Of a stretch of DNA of 64,000 nucleotides, positions 41,700 to 56,427 are shown one piece after another. The notes beneath the pieces are model-generated. The model saw only the letters and a list, made by a program, of their open reading frames with translations. It was not told where the DNA came from and searched no databases. Made by a program: the position numbers and the translations under genes. Origin of the DNA: Camelus ferus (taxonomy: Eukaryota); assembly GCF_009834535.1 (NCBI RefSeq), contig NC_045696.1, positions 43,774,001 through 43,838,000 of the forward strand, in the 5' to 3' direction. How positions within the stretch are numbered: the stretch's first letter is position 1; every line of letters starts with the position of its first letter.

Positions 41700-44415
41700 A
41701 GGACATTCTTTTTAATCCACTAACCACTTCTGAGTCTGGCTTCTTTCACTTAGCATGATGCTTTGGAGATGTATCCCTGTGGTTGAGGGTACCAGTACTT
41801 CATTCCATTTATTGCTGAGTAGAATTCCATTCTGTGTGTGTATCCATTCAGCAGTCAAAGAATTTTTTGAAAATTGGCAATTATGAAGGAAGCTAGTATT
41901 AAAATTTGCATGCAATTTCCAAGGGCTGTTTCCTAAAAAGGCTGCTCCGTCTCGCATTCCCAAAAGCAAAATATGAGAGTTTTCAGTATCTCTGCATCCT
42001 TGTCAATACTTGCTACTGTCAGAATTTTTTATTTTTATTTTAGCCATTCTAATAAGTACAAGTATACCTCAGAGATATTATGGGTTCAGTTCCAGACCAC
42101 TACAATAAAGCAAGTCACAGGAATTTTTTGGTTTCTCAGTGCATATAAAAGTTATGTTTACACTATACTATAGTCCCTTAAGTGCACAATAGCATTATGT
42201 CTAAAAAAATGTACATACCTAAAATGCTAACCACCTTTTGAGACTTCAGCAGCTGTAGTAGTAACGTAAGAGATCACTGATCACAGATCAATATAACAAA
42301 TATAATATTAATGAAAAAGTTTGAAATATTACAAGAACTTGACACCAAGTGAGCAAATACTGTTGGAAAAATGGTGCTGATATCCTTGATTGAAACAGAG
42401 TTGCCATAAAACTTCAATTTGTAAAGAACACAATATCTGCAAAGCACAATAAAGCAAACTGAAGTAAAACAATGTATGCTTGTATGCTATGATGTTTCAT
42501 TTTTACTTTAATTTGAATTTATTTTGTTACAAGTGATATTGAATAAATTTTCAAGCACTTGATTGCCACATGCAGGTTGAAAGTCTTTTCAAATATTTAA
42601 CTTTTTTTGTTGTGATTTTTTTTTGTGACATTTTGAGAGTTCTTCTGTATTCTGGATACAGTCTCTTCATTAGATATGTTTTACAGTCTTTTCTTCCAGT
42701 ATGTGTTTTGTCTTTGTATTACCTTAGTGTCTTTAAAAATGCAAACATTTTTAGTTTTGATAAACTCCAATTTATCATTTTTATAAATCGTGTTTTGTAT
42801 TATCTAAGAAATCTTTGCCTAACTCATGATCACAAAAAAGTTTTCCAATGTTTGCTTTCTAGTGTTATTACATGTTTAGGTTTTATATTTGGCTATGCAA
42901 TCCATTTTGAATTAACATTTATATATGTTCCAAGTCATGAGTTACAGTTGAATATTTTTTAATACTGATATCTAATTTTTCCAGCACCATTTGTTAAAAA
43001 GATTATTCTTCATTGAATTACTATTCTACCATGGTCAAAAATCAATTGGTTATGTAAATGAAGATCAATTTCTAGACTTCCTACTCTTTTTTATTTAAAT
43101 TTTCACCAATACCACTCTGTCTTGATTACTGGAGCTTTAAAAAAGATATTGAAATGAGGTACTATGAGTCCTCCAAATAGATTATTTTTCAAAATGAGAT
43201 TGTTCATGCCAGTCCATGATTTTTACATTAAAATTTTAGAATCAGCTTGTCAATTTCTTAAAAAGAAAGAAGTTTCTGCCAGAATTGTGATTGTTATTCC
43301 ATTGAGTGTATAGCTCAACTTTGGGAAAACCTCATCTTTACAATACTGAGTCTTCCAATATACGGACAAGTGTGTATCTCAATTTATTTAGGACTTCTTC
43401 TATTTATTTAATAAATGTTTGAGAATTTCCATCCTACACATCTTGCATTTATTTTGTTAGGTTTGTAACTAAGTACTCTATATTTTGGATTGCTATTGGA
43501 AAAGATACTTTTAAAATTTTCAGTTAGCAATTCTTAACTGTTAGTAAATAGAAATAACACTTGAGTTTGTATATTCACTTTGTATCTTATGCTTTTGATA
43601 AGTACACTTATTTGTTCTGGTTCCTTTTTCTGTAGATTCTTTAGTATGTTGCATTAAGACAATAATGCCTCTACTAAGAGAGACAATTTCAATTCTTGCT
43701 TTCCAGTTTATATGTCTTTATTACTAATTTTTGTGTTGCATTTTGCCCTAAGATATTTAGTACCCTTAGCTTCTAAATTTTAGGGAAAAGTATTCAGTCT
43801 ATCATCAATTATGCTATTAATTGTTGGGATTTTGTAGATGTTTTTTTATTATACTGAGGAAATTCCCTTCTATTCTTACTTCATTGAGAATTTAATTTTC
43901 TCAAATGCTTTTCAATGTCTGTTGAGATAATTATATGTTTTTTTTTCCCTTAGTATGCTGATATAATGAATTACATCAGTTGTTTTTTGAATGCTAAATC
44001 AAAGTGCATTCCCAGGGAAACCCAGCTAGTATACAATGTATGCCTTTTATATATATATATAAAGCTGTATTAAATTTGCTAATATTTTGTTGAGAATTTT
44101 GCATCTATTACCATAAGCAATATTGTTCTTGAAGTATGTCTGTTCAGTTTTGATTTTACAGTGATATGGGTCTCAAAAAGAGTTAGAAGTGTTTTCTTAT
44201 CTTCTATTTTTCTGGAATACTGTGTGAGAGTTAATTTTTCCATGAAATTATTAGTTAATCCACTGGTAAAGCCACTTAGGACTTTTTTTTCCTGTTGGAG
44301 ATTTTTGAGTATGAATTAAATTTCCTTAATAGTCATAAAACTATTCTGATTATTTATGAACTTCGATAGTTTGGTTTTTTCATGTGTGTGTTTAAAGATT
44401 TGTCAATTTTTTCTA
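41700..44415 (-). mobile_element. Old L1 ORF2 3' half and 3' UTR
   Basis: 'ccagcaccatttgttaaaaaga', 'aatactgagtcttccaat'; ORF 41712-41969(-) ends IMLSERSQTQK. Confidence 0.9.
42059..42482 (-). mobile_element. Tigger1-derived internally deleted DNA transposon nested in L1
   Basis: TA|caagtatacctcagagatatt...aatgtatgcttg|TA: imperfect CAGGCATACCTC-type TIRs with TA target duplication. Confidence 0.85.
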
Positions 44416-44419
44416 AGAG

Positions 44420-45990
44420 ATAATACTCTTAGAAGAAAATATAGGTCAAAAATCTTCATGACATTTGATTTGGCAATGATTTCTTGGATATGGCACCAAA
44501 GGCACAGACAACAAAATTAAAAATAGACAGAGTGATGTCAGTAACATGGTGGAGTGAAAAGCTACATTTGTCTCCCCTTCACTCTAAAACCAGTAGAACC
44601 TCCACAATGCTTCAAAGGTGCCTCTGCCCAACACACTGGGATGACAGGGAATTCCACATATCTGTATATCTGGTGGGTCGACTGGAATATGTAGAGGAGA
44701 TGGAAATGAGAGAAGAAAGGAGGAAGCCACCAATCCCTGGCCCTCCAGCTACAGTAACTGACCCTATATCCCCAGAGAAACTGGCATTATCAGTAGAGTT
44801 GGAGCACACAAATTCAGCCTCATAGCCATAGCAGCACCTGAGGACACAGGTAACTGGACAGCAGTGGTAGTGAGATCTGGGACCCTATCCCTTCAGCAGC
44901 TAAGGAGCCCATGTTTCAGGACACTGCCTGCAGCATTGGAGCCCGTGAACTTTACAACACCAGACATAGCAGTGGTGCTGTGCAATGCCAGCTCCCTCCT
45001 CAGCCAGCACCCAACACTTGCAGCAGTGGAGGCTGCAACTCAGGGGATCCCAGGTGTGAGAGAAGAGCCCACCATCCCAGTGCACTGGCAGAAGCAAGGC
45101 ACCAAGGACCCCAGACACATAAGAAGCCATAATGAGGGCACAGGATCATATCTCTGACAGATATGGTGGAGGGCATGTGCATGCTCTCAAATATAACCAG
45201 AGGCATCTTAGGTAACAGAACACTAAAATTTGTGCTATATTGCCACCTACTGGGAAACAAAAGAAGCACCTCCAATTTCTAGTCTGCTGAATCCTTGGAA
45301 TAGATCAAAAAGATGTTCACTAACTCAAATGCACCGGCAGAGGAACAATTCATTAAGCACCATGAAGAATCACAGAAGCACTACAGCACAAAAAGAAGAT
45401 AATAATTCTGCAGAAACCAAACTTACAGTCATGAAATATTATGATATAACTGATAGAGAATTCAAAAGACCTTTCATGAAGAAAATAAACAAGCTACAAG
45501 AAAACTCTGAAAGGCAATTTGATGAACTCAGGAATAAAATTAACAAACAGAAGGAACACTTTACCAAAGGAAAAAAAAAACCAAAAAGACCAAACAGAAA
45601 TTCTGAGCAAAGAACTCAATAAACAAGATAAAGATTGCAGTAGAGCATTAGAAAGGAAATAAAACAGACCATATAGAAGAGAGAATAAGCAAGTTCAAAG
45701 ATAGGAATCTAGAAATAATACAAGTAAAGAGAAAAGAGAAATATTTTTTAAATGAGGAAATTCTACAAGTTATCCGACCATTTTAGGAAGGGCAACATTA
45801 GGGTAATGGATACCCCAGAAAGAGAAGAGAGGGAAAAGGGAACAGAGAGTTTATTTAAAGAAATAATAGATGCAAACTTTCCAAACTAGGGAAGGAACTA
45901 GATATACACGTCCATGAAGCTAAGAGAACACCTAATTACCTCAATACAAAAAGACCTTCTCCAATATACATTATATTAAAATTGTCAGAA
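44420..45990 (+). mobile_element. L1 pieces: short ORF2 fragment, then GC-richer 5' UTR and ORF1
   Basis: ORF 45230-45622 (ITDREFK...KKINKLQENSERQFDELRNKI) is L1 ORF1-like. Confidence 0.85.
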
Positions 45991-46394
45991 TGTGGGATTT
46001 TAAATCCAACCTTGTTTAAGCCAGTTGATTATGGATTTTTCATTATATCTGAAAAAAAAAAGGTCTAACCAATACAGTGACTGAAAAATTAACAATATTG
46101 GAAATAAATATTTCACAATTAAAATAAAAAGTTACTGACCTCTTTCAAGGATAGTATGTCAAATGTCTATAACGATTTATTATATTCATTGAATAACTAT
46201 AGTTTTTAGATAATTTGCCCTGACTGATTCACTGAAAGCTCCCAGAGTATAAGTTATCACAACATAATTTAGGAATGTGGACATTACACAATGATTCTAA
46301 CTTATTTATTACTCTAGCATTTGGAATTATCCTTCTCTAAATAATTACTAGATCTTCACAAATAAGTGAATTAGAGTATAATAATGAATCCTAC

Positions 46395-49300
46395 GTGCAT
46401 TAGTCTGAGCTTTCAAAAGAAACAGAACAAATAGAATAATATATATATTATATAGTTATAAAATTGTCTGTTGACTCTAAGGAGTCCCAGATCTGTAACA
46501 GACAAGCTGAAGATACATACATCTCCAGCTGGAGATGTACATAATACATCTTATGATACTTGATAGGGAAGAGTTCCACTCTGAGTCAAGTCCAAAGGCA
46601 GGAGAAGACCAATGTCCCAAACTGAGACAGTCAGGCAGAGAAGAGGTAAATTCCCTGAGTGATGTTCACTCTCCTCTTTGATATCCTGTAACCTAAATAC
46701 TATGATGTAAAATTAACAATATTTTAACATTATGATATAAAGAGAAGGATAGCAGAATATGCCATCCCAAAGTATGCCTTTTTGGTATAAGGACTGATTT
46801 GAGCTGACTGTTTCTGAGAACTGCAGACACAGGAGAATCTACGAAAACAGAGTATAAGTTGCCCTTTTGTGAGGGAAATTTATAAAGGAAATCTCCATTT
46901 GTACAAGTGTCTAATTCTCCGTACTAGGAAGAAAAGGATGACTCTAATACACAGGCAACTTTTATCAATGAAGAAGGCACAGGCTTAAACCTGCATAACA
47001 ATCTTACCCTTGTTTACTGTGCTTTTACTGATAACCTTTCATAATTGCTCCACTAACCCCAACATCTTTCTTTTGTCTTAACTAAGGATGGTATTTTAAG
47101 TGGTGGCTTGAGCCATTTCAGAAAGTTTCACTCAGTTTTTTTTTGGTTTCTCCCATGAATATATAAGTTATATCTGTCATTAAATGTCTGTTTTATTTTC
47201 TCTTTTAATCTGTCTTTTATTATAGGGGGGTATCAGCCATAAGAACCTAGAAAGGTAGAGGAAAAATTATTTTTCCTCCCCTATAAAAGTACAGACATCT
47301 TATGATACATATTAAGGAAATAAGAGAGGAAAGAAACAAAGATATTTGTGTAAAACACACGCATACACACACATACATATCTACAGCAAAATAAAGAGCA
47401 AATACTCATGACAACTACAGTCCTCCTTTTTGTAACTGGCCATGTGATACAATAGCTGATCTTTATAACCACCTTCCTCCACTACCCAGTCTGTTTTTCC
47501 TTTGCTTTCAGCAAGCAGCTTAACTGGTTATGGTTCTTTACTTGGAAGAGAGATCAAGAACTTTATTACTGAAGTGTCTGGTCTTGTCTGGACTGTGTTG
47601 TTGTCATTTTCTATTGACCTTATTCACAGGGCATGGTAATACTGAGATACCCTAAGAGAGCTCCTGTATTTCAGATATACTTTTCCTTACCCTCACTGAG
47701 GAGTAACAGTCAAACTTCCTCTTGGTAGTCAGGATCAATTAGCTTAGCCAGCACAGCAACCCTTTCTGTGCCTGTTTATTCAGAGATGTGAAGCGTCCAA
47801 AGTAGCCAGCAGTGGTCTTATCTTCCAGTTCAGTGGAATCATAGTTATGTCTTCTGGCAGAAATATTCCTTCCTCCAGAACTGAGATCTCTAGGCCAGCA
47901 AAGCATAAGGCCAGGGAACAAGAAGCAAACATTTTTCTAGTAGATTGTGACAGATAATAGTGAGTGATGCCACTCTCATTTCCATCCTTGGCCTATGAAT
48001 CCTGGCTATAGGAGAAACAGCACCATATATTAGACACTGATTCAGAGCATACACAGCCTTCTGGAGAACCCTTCCCAGGTCTGCAAGATATAGCCACCTG
48101 GCTGGGGCTGTAACTCAGTCTTCAAAAGGCCTTCCATTGCTCTATCAAAACTGTAGCCACAGAATAGTGGGGAGCATGGTAAGCCCAGTGAATTCCACAA
48201 GCATAGGATCACTGCCACAATTATTTTTTACTGTGAAATAACTTCCTTGATCAGAAGTAATGCTGTGTAAAATGACATATCAGTAAATAAAGCATTTTGT
48301 AAGTCTGTGGATGATTATTTTGGCAGAAGCATTATATGCAGGGAAGGCAAATTCACATAGAGAGCAACTATCTAGTTCAGTAAGAATAAAATGTTGCCCT
48401 TCCCATAATGAACGCTATCCAATGTAATTAACTTGTCAGCTAATAGCTAGCTGATCACCCTGGGGAATGGTGCCATATCCAACCAACATGGTTCAATATT
48501 GGTCTCTGCTGCTGGCAGACTCAGCATTCAGCAGGGACCATAGGCAAATCAGCCTTAGTGAGTGGGAGTCCATGCTGAGCCTATGCATAACCTCCATCTC
48601 TGACACCTTGGTCATTTTGTTCATGAGCTCTGTGCTGGGGAAAGAGGCTAACTAGTATTCATGAAACGCATTATCTTATCTCCTGATTTTTAAAATCCTC
48701 CTCTGCTAAGGTCATTCTTTGATGAACATTCATATGGTACACAAAAAATCTTGATATTTTATTTGCTCATTTAGGCCTATACACATACCTCTTCACCAAA
48801 TTTTCCTGTCACTTATTTTCCAATCATGATCATCTAAGTCTTTAACCATCTATCCAAACCAATGGCCACAGCTCATGAATCAGTACAAAATTTCATGACT
48901 GACCATTTCTCCTTCCAAGCAAAGTGAACAACCACGCTTGAAGTTCTGCCCAATGGGAGATACCCCTTCACCACTGTCCCTCAAGGATGCACAAAAAGGG
49001 GCTGTAGTGTTACAGCTGTCCACAGTCTACTGGTGCCTGCACATCATGCAGAACTATCTGTTAACCAGCCCATGTCTTCTTTCCTCTATCAACTAATTGT
49101 AAAGAACTCTCTATGAGGTCATAGGTGCCAACATCAACAAATCTGGTGTATGGTTAGGGGGCACATCTTGGCTAGTATTTCAACATATGAATTTGGAGAG
49201 AGTGCAAACATTCAATTCATAGTAGATACAATGTACTTCTCAGGCTATAGCTACTTCACTTATCCATTTATCATCAAACTTTAGGCAGTAATACAAGATT

Positions 49301-51445
49301 CCCCAGTGGATATTCTGGGTTCAAAGTATGTACCCTGAGAATGTAACAGCAACTCTACCTCCTTCAGAAGATCAGGATAAATTATCCTGGTAAAATGACA
49401 ACTCCATTCCTTACCTGCTGATCTAATTCCTTCAATGATGGAATTGCACTGATGTTCAGTGGTGTCACTCTTATTTCCATCTCTTAGTTTCCAGTCTTGT
49501 CATTTATTATTAAGGATACAGCACCATATCAATGGCCATTGATTTAGGTTTTACTACATTTTGAAGGATGACACCCCATCTTCTCAGGGTATCATCTCAA
49601 GGCTTTTGCTTCAGTTTAACCTTCTATAAGCCATTCCAGTGCTCTAACAGTTTGGTATTAGATAGAACCAGTAGGTACATGCCATAGTCATGTGACTACT
49701 ACTGCAAATCCTTTGCTATAAAGTCAAATGCTTGAATTGATGAAATGTTATGGTGGTTCCTGAACTCGTGGATCAAACATTTTGGAAGCCTCAAATAGTA
49801 GAGTTGTCTGAGGCTATATGGGCAGGATAGGCAAATTCACACCAAGAATACAGGCATATTTCAGTTAAGATGCATCTCTGCCTTTTCCAGACATGCAGGG
49901 GTACAAAGTAATCGAATCTTGGCCATATATGGTTGATATCCTATAGAGATGGTACCATATCAAGAGTTTAATGTCAGTCTGTTGATGACAAATTGGACAT
50001 GCACCAACAGCAGGAACTAGAGCAGTAACCAGTGAGTGGAAGCCCACTGGTTCAAGAACAGTTACCATTCCTGCCACTACGACTAATGCACTCATGTGTC
50101 CATTATGTCAGTACTGAGGAGGCTGATGGCAGAGCTGACTGATATCAACTAGCTGAGTCATTTGTCTACTTGGTTGTTAGTGCCTCTTCTGGGGAGAATG
50201 GGATCTGGTGGGCTTTGATGTGCTACATCAAGTTCTTCTGACTTAATGCCAACTGCTGAGGTTTTTTACCTCTTCTAATGCTGGCATTTTTAATTCAGAT
50301 AACAGGGACGATTATCTTCTCTGTTTCCAAGAGTCATCCTAACAGTATGTTAGTACCATGTCCTGGAGTCCTTTGCATTTTGGTAAATAGTATATCCCAA
50401 GACCGTGCTCTTTGTAAAGCAACTACATAACCATCTTTAGAGAAATGCAGCAGTAGATGTTAGCAGTGAGGAATGGGCTACTTGCTCAAGCACAGAAGAT
50501 TAAAGGAAAGTGACTGTTCAAGATTTTCAAGGGTAATGACCTATACTATGTCTCAGTATCCAATTCCTTCCTGGTCTACATAGACTTTTGGGCCTGATAA
50601 TTTAACCAACTCTGGAGATCTGCTACTGTTATGATAAAGTCTTTGACTTAGTACTCTACTTTTCTGCCCTCTAGTTGGAAGAAGTGAGATTCCCTTTTTA
50701 TATTGCCAAGGAGGTCTTCTGACTTTCATACTTAGCCTTTAATTGCTAAATAATCACCCTCAGCCTTTTATCACATTTTTTTTACTAAAACATCTATTGC
50801 CCCTATCAATAACCAACCAATTCTACAGTCCTCAAAATAACTTTTCCCCATAATTCTGGAGACATATATTTCACCTCCAAGGCACATTCACTTTCCCTAG
50901 TATATCATCTCCACTTAACACCTTTAAAACTCCCAACAATTGCATTTCTACAGAAGTAGGCAATCAGGAGGTAATTCAGCCCCCAAAACCCATTTTGCAG
51001 TGTGTTTCCTGGAACCACTTCTGGCACCAACTGTTGTTAAGTCTGGTTTCCTGGGAAACAGACTGAGAGGGAGATTTGTGTCCATGAAGTTTAATGGGGA
51101 AGACACTTAGAAACTGCAATGAAAAGAGGGAAGCAGAAGAGGCAAGGAAGAGTTGCATTAAAGAACTCATTTGATTCCACAGAGATTTCTGAGGATGAGA
51201 GGGCCCTTCAAAATTGCCTAACTGAGGTAAACAGGATGAATCTTTATACTCTTGCATGGATCACTCATTAGGTATGGGCTGACTCCCGAAGATGGTGCAT
51301 CCTTCAAAGAAGCAGATTCTTTGGGCAGGGTTCTAGGAAGAGACCTAGTCATGGACTACCGAGAGGCAACACTGCTGTAGGCTGGGGAGGTAAGTGCCTC
51401 CTTCCTGGGGGGCAATCTGGTAGTGCTCTTCAATATCCATTACAG
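46395..51445 (-). mobile_element. ERVL (class III) proviral remnants with MLT2-type LTRs
   Basis: LTR-like ends at ~46395-46660 and ~51031-51445; tRNA-Leu-type PBS TGGTGCCAGAAGTGGTTCC on minus at ~51011-51029; internal antisense pol/integrase-like text. Confidence 0.85.
46735..47285 (+). mobile_element. ERV1-type solo LTR (MER34-like) nested in the ERVL
   Basis: 'cagaatatgccatcccaaagtatgcc...ggtagaggaaaaattatttttcctcccctata'. Confidence 0.7.
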
Positions 51446-51514
51446 AGGTTTGGACTCCAATGTGTGCTCCAATATATGCTTCACTGTTATTTAGACTACA
51501 AATTACCCACTTTA

Positions 51515-51617
51515 AGTAATATATATATATACACACACACAAATGAATCACTATGCTGTACACCAGAAATAACATAACACTGTAAATCGACTATACTTCA
51601 ATTTAAAAAAGAAAAAA
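51515..51617 (+). mobile_element. Very short L1 3' tail
   Basis: 'atgaatcactatgctgtacaccagaaat...tgtaaatcgactatacttcaattt' plus A-tail. Confidence 0.8.
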
Positions 51618-53859
51618 CATTACTGCTAATTTCCACATGATACACTTGTGAAAAGTAAGCTCTTTATCCCTGGTTGGAAGCTGCTTTTTAAGTTAGGGAT
51701 ATTTCATGGGTGTTACTGATTCTTAAATGAGAGTAGACTTATTCAGGTCTGCAATCTATTGCTAAAGAATAAAGTGAAAATTTCTTTGGTCTTTCTTCCC
51801 TGTTTACCTATTTATTGTTAAAATCTTCCTCTCACATCTTTGACTAGAAGGCTCTATTTTATGCATATCCCCTAGCCAAGTTTCTTATGTTTTTGTTTTA
51901 AATCACTTAGCTCCTGGGAATGTGATGACTTAAGCAGATACTTACTTTCCATTTGCATGATATTATAAGGCCTGTAATTTGCAGGAGCTTGTGTCTGGCA
52001 TTTCAATATATTAGAGAATAAATGGAGGGCAAAACATGTCCCTCTGATAAAGTAATGGCTCTTTGAGGGTTAGTACTTTACTTTTGCTAACTTCCCCCAA
52101 TGTGCAACTTCACTCATTCTTCACTTCAGTAATTGCCTAGGCAACAATTCTAAGATTTACACTTACATGTTTGTTGTAGAAGAGAGGTAATAATGAAATA
52201 TAATAGAGGGTGAAAAAGCCCTAATTATCTGGGAAACTAATTGTGAACATTAGTGAAGAGCCTCACCTCCTTTCAGTTGGGGAAAGTACTTTGATATAAT
52301 GATGATATGTGAAAGTAGGAAGATTTACAATTTTCTACAGAATGTTGCTTGGGCTCCATCACTTTTCTGCCTGAGTCCACAGTTTCAACCTCACTGAATA
52401 AAATTTTCTCATGGTTTCTGGCATATAATTGACCAATATAACTATATTCCTGGGCAGTTAAATCTCTTGAATCTATGTTTATGTTTTCATGAGTATTTTA
52501 ACAAGACGGCATGAGATATCAGAAATCAGGCATCATATATTGGAAGTTTTGATATCCTTTTAAAAACATTAAAAAAACACAAATAGAAAATGATATAATG
52601 ATAACTTAACTTGTAAGAAGTAGAAAAACACAGACAGCCTACTTTTTTAAGAAGACTCACTGGTAAATTGCAGGCCCCAAATCTGGCTCCTGCTTCACCT
52701 CCTAAATTTGCTGCAATGTATGTTATTCAAGCGGTCTTGCACAGGCTAACTATATTCCTATTTCCCCTAAGCAGTGGGTAAAAACCACTTTCTGATAACC
52801 TGAAAATGATAAAATATAAAAATACTATACATTTTGAGGAAGATAGAAATACTCCAAAATTAACAGGATTATAATTCTGCCCAATATAAAGCAAAATTAT
52901 TGTAAAAAGCCATAGAATCTCACAATTTTAGGGACAGAGGAAAGCAGCAAGTTGTTAAAGTTTAATAAGGAGAGCATGATTTCAGAAATGGGAAAAATAT
53001 AATGAAGAAATCATACCTGAGTCAAGCTACTTGAACATCTCCATGTAACTTAAAAATAAAATTGGAAATATTTGTCCTGGTGTGTAGAGGTAATAACCTC
53101 CTCAGTAGCCCTACTTACTGAATTCTGGCCCTCCTATGCTCTTGAAAATGAAATGGAAAGGCAAATTCTGTTCTACATTGTATGTTTTTCATTGTCAAGA
53201 CATAAACAAACACTAAACACTAAGTATTTCCAATTTTCAGTGTAATCATTCAGTTATTCATTGGCAATAATATTTGTATATTTATATAGCATGACTAAAG
53301 TTAACTATATCAAAAAGTATTTAATGTAAAAAAAGAAGGGAAAATAGAGTTGCTTTACTCAAAAAAAAATAGTATCTTTTGAATGAGCTCTAACTGACTG
53401 GAAATTTTGACAACTAAAAATTTCAGTTAAAATTGCAAGTGTTGACAATATTCTAACCATTTACCTCCAAATGAAGACACAGAAAATTAACTTAGAGTAA
53501 AATTACAGCATTAAGTGTCTTCAAAATCAATCATCTGATATAGATGTTAAGACCTTTCCTCTGTGGTACAAGTTATCAGGATGTTTTGCATCTGGGTTGG
53601 GATTCTTTGTATTGCTGTAATTATAGAGATGCATACTATGGATATTTATACATATAATACATATATATATTAACTCTCTGTTAAGAGTAAGAGGACTTTT
53701 TCCAATGGATACAAAGCATACATTTTTTTCAGGATATTTCATCTACCTAAATTCACTTGCTTTAAAAGAGAACTTATGTTATTTTATTTGCATTTGACTA
53801 TGGGTAAAAAGTACTTCATTTTAGGAAATGATAATAATAATCATTATTATTATTAAATA

Positions 53860-54030
53860 ATAAATATAATAATTGATGTAACTATTAACACTTCAATAGG
53901 GCTTATATGTGCCCGGCACCATTCTAAATGCTTTACATATATTAACTATATATTATACATATTAACTTATCCAAACCTCACAATTGCTCTTTGACATAAG
54001 TACTAATATTAACCCTACATTAAAAATGAT
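53860..54030. mobile_element. MIR SINE, left half (right half at ~56350-56405)
   Basis: 'tatgtgcccggcaccattctaaatgctttacatatattaact...cctcaca' resumes after the L1 with 'gatgaagctcagg...aggttaaat'. Confidence 0.75.
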
Positions 54031-56350
54031 AAAAGATGCTGATGAAATAAATTGAAGAAGACACAAACAGATGGAAAGATAAATGTCATGTTCTTTTGAT
54101 TGGAAGAATCAATATTATTAAAATGACCATACTATCCAAGGCAATCCACAGATTCAATACAATCCCTATCAAATTATCAATGGCATTTTTCACAGAACTA
54201 GAACAAATAGTTTTAAAATTTATATGGAAACACAGAAGACCCCAAATAGACAAAACAATCTTGAGAAAGAGGAATGGAGTTGGAGGAATCATGCTCCCTG
54301 ACTTCAGATTATACTGCAAAGCTACAGTAATCAAAACAGTATGGTACTATCTGATCCAGCAATCCCATTTCTGGGTATATATTCAGAGCGAACTTTAATT
54401 TGAAAAGATACATGCATCCCAATGTTCATAGCAGCACTACCCACAATAGCCAAGACATGGAAGCAACCTAAAGATTCCTCAACAGATGACTGGATAAAGA
54501 AGTTACAGTATATTTGTACAATGGAATATTACTCAGCCTTTAAAAAGTATAAAATAATGCCATTTGCAGCAATGTGAATGGACCCAAAGATCATCATTCT
54601 AAGTGAAGTAAGCCAGAAAGAGAAAGAAAAATACCGTATGATTATCACTCACATATGGAATCTTATAAAAAAAAAAGGACACTATGAATTCATCCACAAA
54701 ACAGAAACAGACTCACAGACATAGTAAACAATTTTATGGTTACCAGGGAAAGTGGGTGGGAAGGGATAAATCTGGTAGTTTGATATTTACAAATTGCATG
54801 ACTGGGACATGGTGCTGTACACCAGAAACTGACACATTGTAATCGACTGTACTTCAATTAAAAAAAAAAAAGTATAGTATTCGTACCACAATTGACACAT
54901 AGATCAATGGAACAGGAAAGAAAGCCCAGAAATAAACCCACACACTCATGGTCAATTAATCTATGACAAAGGAAGCAAAAATATACAATGTAGAAAAGAC
55001 GAAAAGACAGTCTCTTCAATAAATTGTGCTAGGAAAACTGGAAACTACATGTAAAATATGAAGTTAGAACATTCTCTAACACTACATATAAAAAACTCAA
55101 AATGGATTAAAGACCTAAATGTAAGACCAGATATTATAAAACTTCTGGAGGAAAACACAGGCAGAAAACTCTTTGACATAAATTGCAGCAATATTTGTGT
55201 GGATCTCCTAGAGTAATGTAAATAAAAGCAAAAATAAACAATTAGGACCTAATTAAACATAAAAGCTTTTGTATAGTAAAGGAATCCTAAACAAAAAGAA
55301 AAGATGATATACAGAATGAGAGAAAATATTTGCAAACAGTGCAACCAACAAGGGAGCAATTTCCAAAATATACAAACAGCTCATACTGCTCAATATCAAA
55401 AAATAAATAAATAAATAAAAATAACTCAATCAAAAAATGGGCAGAACACCTAAACAGACATTTCTCCAAAGTAGACATACAGATGGCCAATAGGCACAAG
55501 AAAAGATGTTAAACATCACTAATTATTAGAGAAATGCAAATCAAAACTACAATGAGGTATCACCTCACACCAGTCACAATGGCTACTATCAAAAAGTCTA
55601 CAAATAATAAATATAGGAGAGAGTGTGGAGAAAAGGGAACCCTTCCACACTGTTGGTAGGAATATAAATTGTGCAGCCACTATAGAGGTTCCTCAAAAAA
55701 CTAAAAATAGAGTTACCATATGAGCCAGCAATCCCACTTCTGGGTATGTATCCATAGAAAACTCTAATTTGAAAAAATACATGTGTCCTGATGTTCATAG
55801 CAGCATTATTTACAGTAGCCAAGACATGGAAGCAACTTAAATGCCCATCAACAGATTAATGGATAAAGAAGTTATGGTATATATATACAATGGATTACTC
55901 AGTCATAAAAAAGAATTAAATAATGCCATTTGCAGCAACATGGATGGACATACAGATTATCATACTAAGTGAAGTAAGTCAGACAGAGAAAGACAAATGT
56001 CATGTGATGTCACTTATATGTGGAATCTAAAAAGTGATACAAATGAACTTATTTACAAAACAGAAACAGACTAACAGGCATAGAAAACAAACTTATGGTT
56101 ACCAAAGGGGAAGGAGGAGGGAGGTATAAATTAGGAGCTTGGGATTAATAGATACACACCACTACATATAAAATAAATAAACAACAAGGACCTACTGTAC
56201 AACACAGGGAATTATATTCAATATCTTGTAATAGCCTATAATAGAAAAAATCTGAAAAGAATATATTTTTATATGTATAAAACCAAATCACTTTGTGTAC
56301 ACCTCAAACTAACACAATATTGTAAATCAGCTATACTACAACTTAAAAAA
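54030..56350 (+). mobile_element. 5'-truncated L1 (ORF2 3' half and 3' UTR)
   Basis: ORF 54096-54398 [25 protein letters not shown]...[17 protein letters not shown] is canonical L1 ORF2; flanked by repeated 'aaaaatgat'. Confidence 0.97.
54349..54870 (+). mobile_element. Younger L1 3' fragment nested in L1 ORF2
   Basis: Ends in poly-A; flanked by agtatggtact / agtatagtatt (TSD-like); host ORF2 text resumes afterwards. Confidence 0.9.
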
Positions 56351-56427
56351 ATGATGAAGCTCAGGAACAAAGGTTAAATTACAATCCGAATTTAGCAAAG
56401 CTAGTAAATATTTATTGTACAACATCC

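Noticed and set aside
54096..54398. Longer ORFs in the track (also 7700-8134, 42570-42962, 45230-45622) as host genes
   Set aside because: All are sense or antisense pieces of L1.
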